Virus genome (UHGV): UHGV-1472620 | DNA: 39,677 nucleotides | Source of the DNA: a virus | Direction: 5' to 3' (one strand) | Part shown: positions 38,220-39,677 of the stretch, piece after piece | How the letters are laid out: each line of letters opens with the position of its first letter | Position numbering within the stretch: position 1 is the first letter of the stretch | Program-made: the position numbers and the translations under genes | The notes under the pieces: generated by a model | The model's input: only the letters and a program-made list of their open reading frames with translations | What the model was told of the DNA's origin: nothing | Databases searched by the model: none

Positions 38220-39470
38220 TTATTCCCCCGCCATCCACTTCTCAAACTTCGACGGGGAGAACGGAATCAGATCCGTATGCTCCCCGTCAATCCATGAATC
38301 AATCATATCGGCCCACTGCTGCAACATGTAGGCGCGCTGTCTGGCGTATTCCGCTTTGTTATATACGGCGCGCACACCTTTCTGCTCATGTGCCAGAGCC
38401 TTTTCAATCCAGTCTGAAGGATAACCAGCCTCATGCAACAACGTACTGGCTGTACGGCGCATATCATGTACAGTGAAGTCCTGAATATGCTCACCATCTT
38501 CATTTATTATTTTCACCGTTCTGTCGATCAGAGAGTTCAGCGCGGCATTAGATAATGGCTTCCGGATATTGTAACGACCAGGAACCAGATATTCACTTCC
38601 ACCAGCGCACATCTGCAACCCGACCAATATATCCTGTGCCTGTTTAGGCAGGTAAATAACGTGCGCCCGGCTTCCCTTCATGCGGTCTGGAGGAATTGTC
38701 CATGTCCATTTTTTAAAATCTATTTCATCCCACGTTGCATTGGTGAATTCGCCCTTACGAACCATAGTGATAAGCACCAGTTTTAAAGCCATTTTCATAG
38801 TGCCCATAGCACCAATGGCATCCAGCGTGCGGAAGAACAGGCCAATTTCTTCTGGTGTCAGTGTTCGCTCTCGTGGTTTAAATATGGCGATAGACGAAGG
38901 TTTAATGTCAGCCGCAGGATTAAACAAACCATGACCACGGTCATTGGCGTGACGGTATACGCTACTGATGATCTCCCTGGCCTGCACTGCTGTTGCCCGG
39001 CCACCGCGTTCGACAATCCGGTCACACAAATCACGAACCATCGATGTGGTAATTTCAGCCATCATTTTATTGCCAAGAACCGGAAGTATGTCACGGTCGA
39101 TCACCGCCTGTTTCATTGCGCGGGTACTGTCAGCCAGGATGACGTGTTTCATATAACTGTCGGTATGTACCGCAAACGTCTCGGCACCACGAATCTTTTT
39201 GATACCGTCACGTTTAGCCGCAGCCGGTGACTGGCCTGCTTTAAGCAGCTTCTTTGCAGCAATCAGTTCTTCTCGCGCTTCTGCCAGGCTGATACCGTCA
39301 CGCCCATACTGCCCGATTACCAGTGTTTCGCGGCGACCGTTGATACGGTAGTCATAGCGAAACGAGACCGTGCCTGACGTAAGCACAGCTACATACAGCC
39401 CGTCACGATCGGAAACCTTGTACAGTTTGTCCTGCGGCTTGAGGTTTTTTAATTTTGTATCGGTAAGCAC
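38220..39470 (-). CDS. int: Tyrosine integrase
   Basis: 416 aa; C-terminal HDMRRT and downstream Tyr region typical of phage integrases; adjacent to attR. Confidence 0.9.
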   Translation of the reverse strand: MLTDTKLKNLKPQDKLYKVSDRDGLYVAVLTSGTVSFRYDYRINGRRETLVIGQYGRDGISLAEAREELIAAKKLLKAGQSPAAAKRDGIKKIRGAETFAVHTDSYMKHVILADSTRAMKQAVIDRDILPVLGNKMMAEITTSMVRDLCDRIVERGGRATAVQAREIISSVYRHANDRGHGLFNPAADIKPSSIAIFKPRERTLTPEEIGLFFRTLDAIGAMGTMKMALKLVLITMVRKGEFTNATWDEIDFKKWTWTIPPDRMKGSRAHVIYLPKQAQDILVGLQMCAGGSEYLVPGRYNIRKPLSNAALNSLIDRTVKIINEDGEHIQDFTVHDMRRTASTLLHEAGYPSDWIEKALAHEQKGVRAVYNKAEYARQRAYMLQQWADMIDSWIDGEHTDLIPFSPSKFEKWMAGE

Positions 39471-39512
39471 AATTCACCCGTATAGAAACCATTTTCATGA
39501 CGGCATGAGAGT

Positions 39513-39527
39513 ATACCTTTAAGGTAA
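39513..39527. promoter_or_regulatory. Operator-like palindrome upstream of int (one mismatch)
   Basis: ATACCTTTAAGGTAA about 45 bp upstream of int ATG. Confidence 0.45.
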
Positions 39528-39580
39528 TACCGTCACCTGTACCGACGAAAAATATGGTGTAGAGTGAATAGAAATGAATA

Positions 39581-39616
39581 CATAAAAACAAAAACCCTCT
39601 GTAAAAACAGAGGGTT
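39581..39616 (-). terminator. Intrinsic terminator reading leftward from attR
   Basis: Hairpin AACCCTCTG-TAAAAA-CAGAGGGTT; on minus strand followed by TTTGTTTTTATG. Confidence 0.6.
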
Positions 39617-39660
39617 AAATTAGTATCTGAATAGGAATGAGTTGCTATGAGTTAGCTGTT

Positions 39661-39677
39661 AATCATTCCCACTCAAT
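39661..39677. repeat. attR core direct repeat; reverse complement encodes IEWE-stop (likely guaA 3' end)
   Basis: Exact copy of 1-17; reverse complement ATTGAGTGGGAATGA = I E W E stop. Confidence 0.8.

Larger units (their letters stand above)
1..39677. mobile_element. Integrated temperate phage (prophage), epsilon15/phiV10-like podovirus organisation
   Basis: Identical 17-bp direct repeats at both ends; integrase next to right repeat; full set of lysis, structural, packaging, replication and immunity genes between them. Confidence 0.85.

Overview
The window is one complete integrated prophage (about 39.66 kb) bounded by identical 17-bp direct repeats at 1-17 and 39661-39677. The reverse complement of the repeat reads ATT GAG TGG GAA TGA (IEWE-stop), which I recognise from memory as the C-terminus of GMP synthase GuaA, so the att core probably overlaps the 3' end of a host guaA-like gene. 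Gene order resembles an epsilon15/phiV10-like temperate podovirus; this is an inference from layout and genome size, not a search result. From right to left the prophage carries: a tyrosine integrase; an early-left operon on the + strand (small ORFs, YqaJ-like exonuclease, RecT, AlpA-like regulator, MT-A70 adenine methylase); a tandem-HTH repressor and Cro-like gene with three operator palindromes between them; a lambda O/P-like replication module with ori iterons inside the O-like gene; a block of small early genes; terS/terL; a + strand island with tRNA-Arg(UCU) and a small conserved gene; portal, scaffold, capsid, tail tube/adaptor and three very large internal or ejection proteins; an accessory cassette at about 5.0-9.6 kb; a tailspike with a C-terminal self-cleaving chaperone domain; and a lysis cassette (holin-like proteins, GH19-type endolysin, Rz with embedded Rz1). 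The most interesting part is the accessory cassette. It holds two paralogous toxin-like two-gene modules, a Bro-N antirepressor plus a stand-alone copy of its C-terminal domain, and two secreted proteins. It is bracketed by identical terminator hairpins and shares a TTACC-N5-GGTAA operator-like palindrome that occurs 12 times across the prophage, always in intergenic promoter regions. No CRISPR array, rRNA or transposase was seen. All protein family assignments are from motif recognition by eye; none is a database hit.
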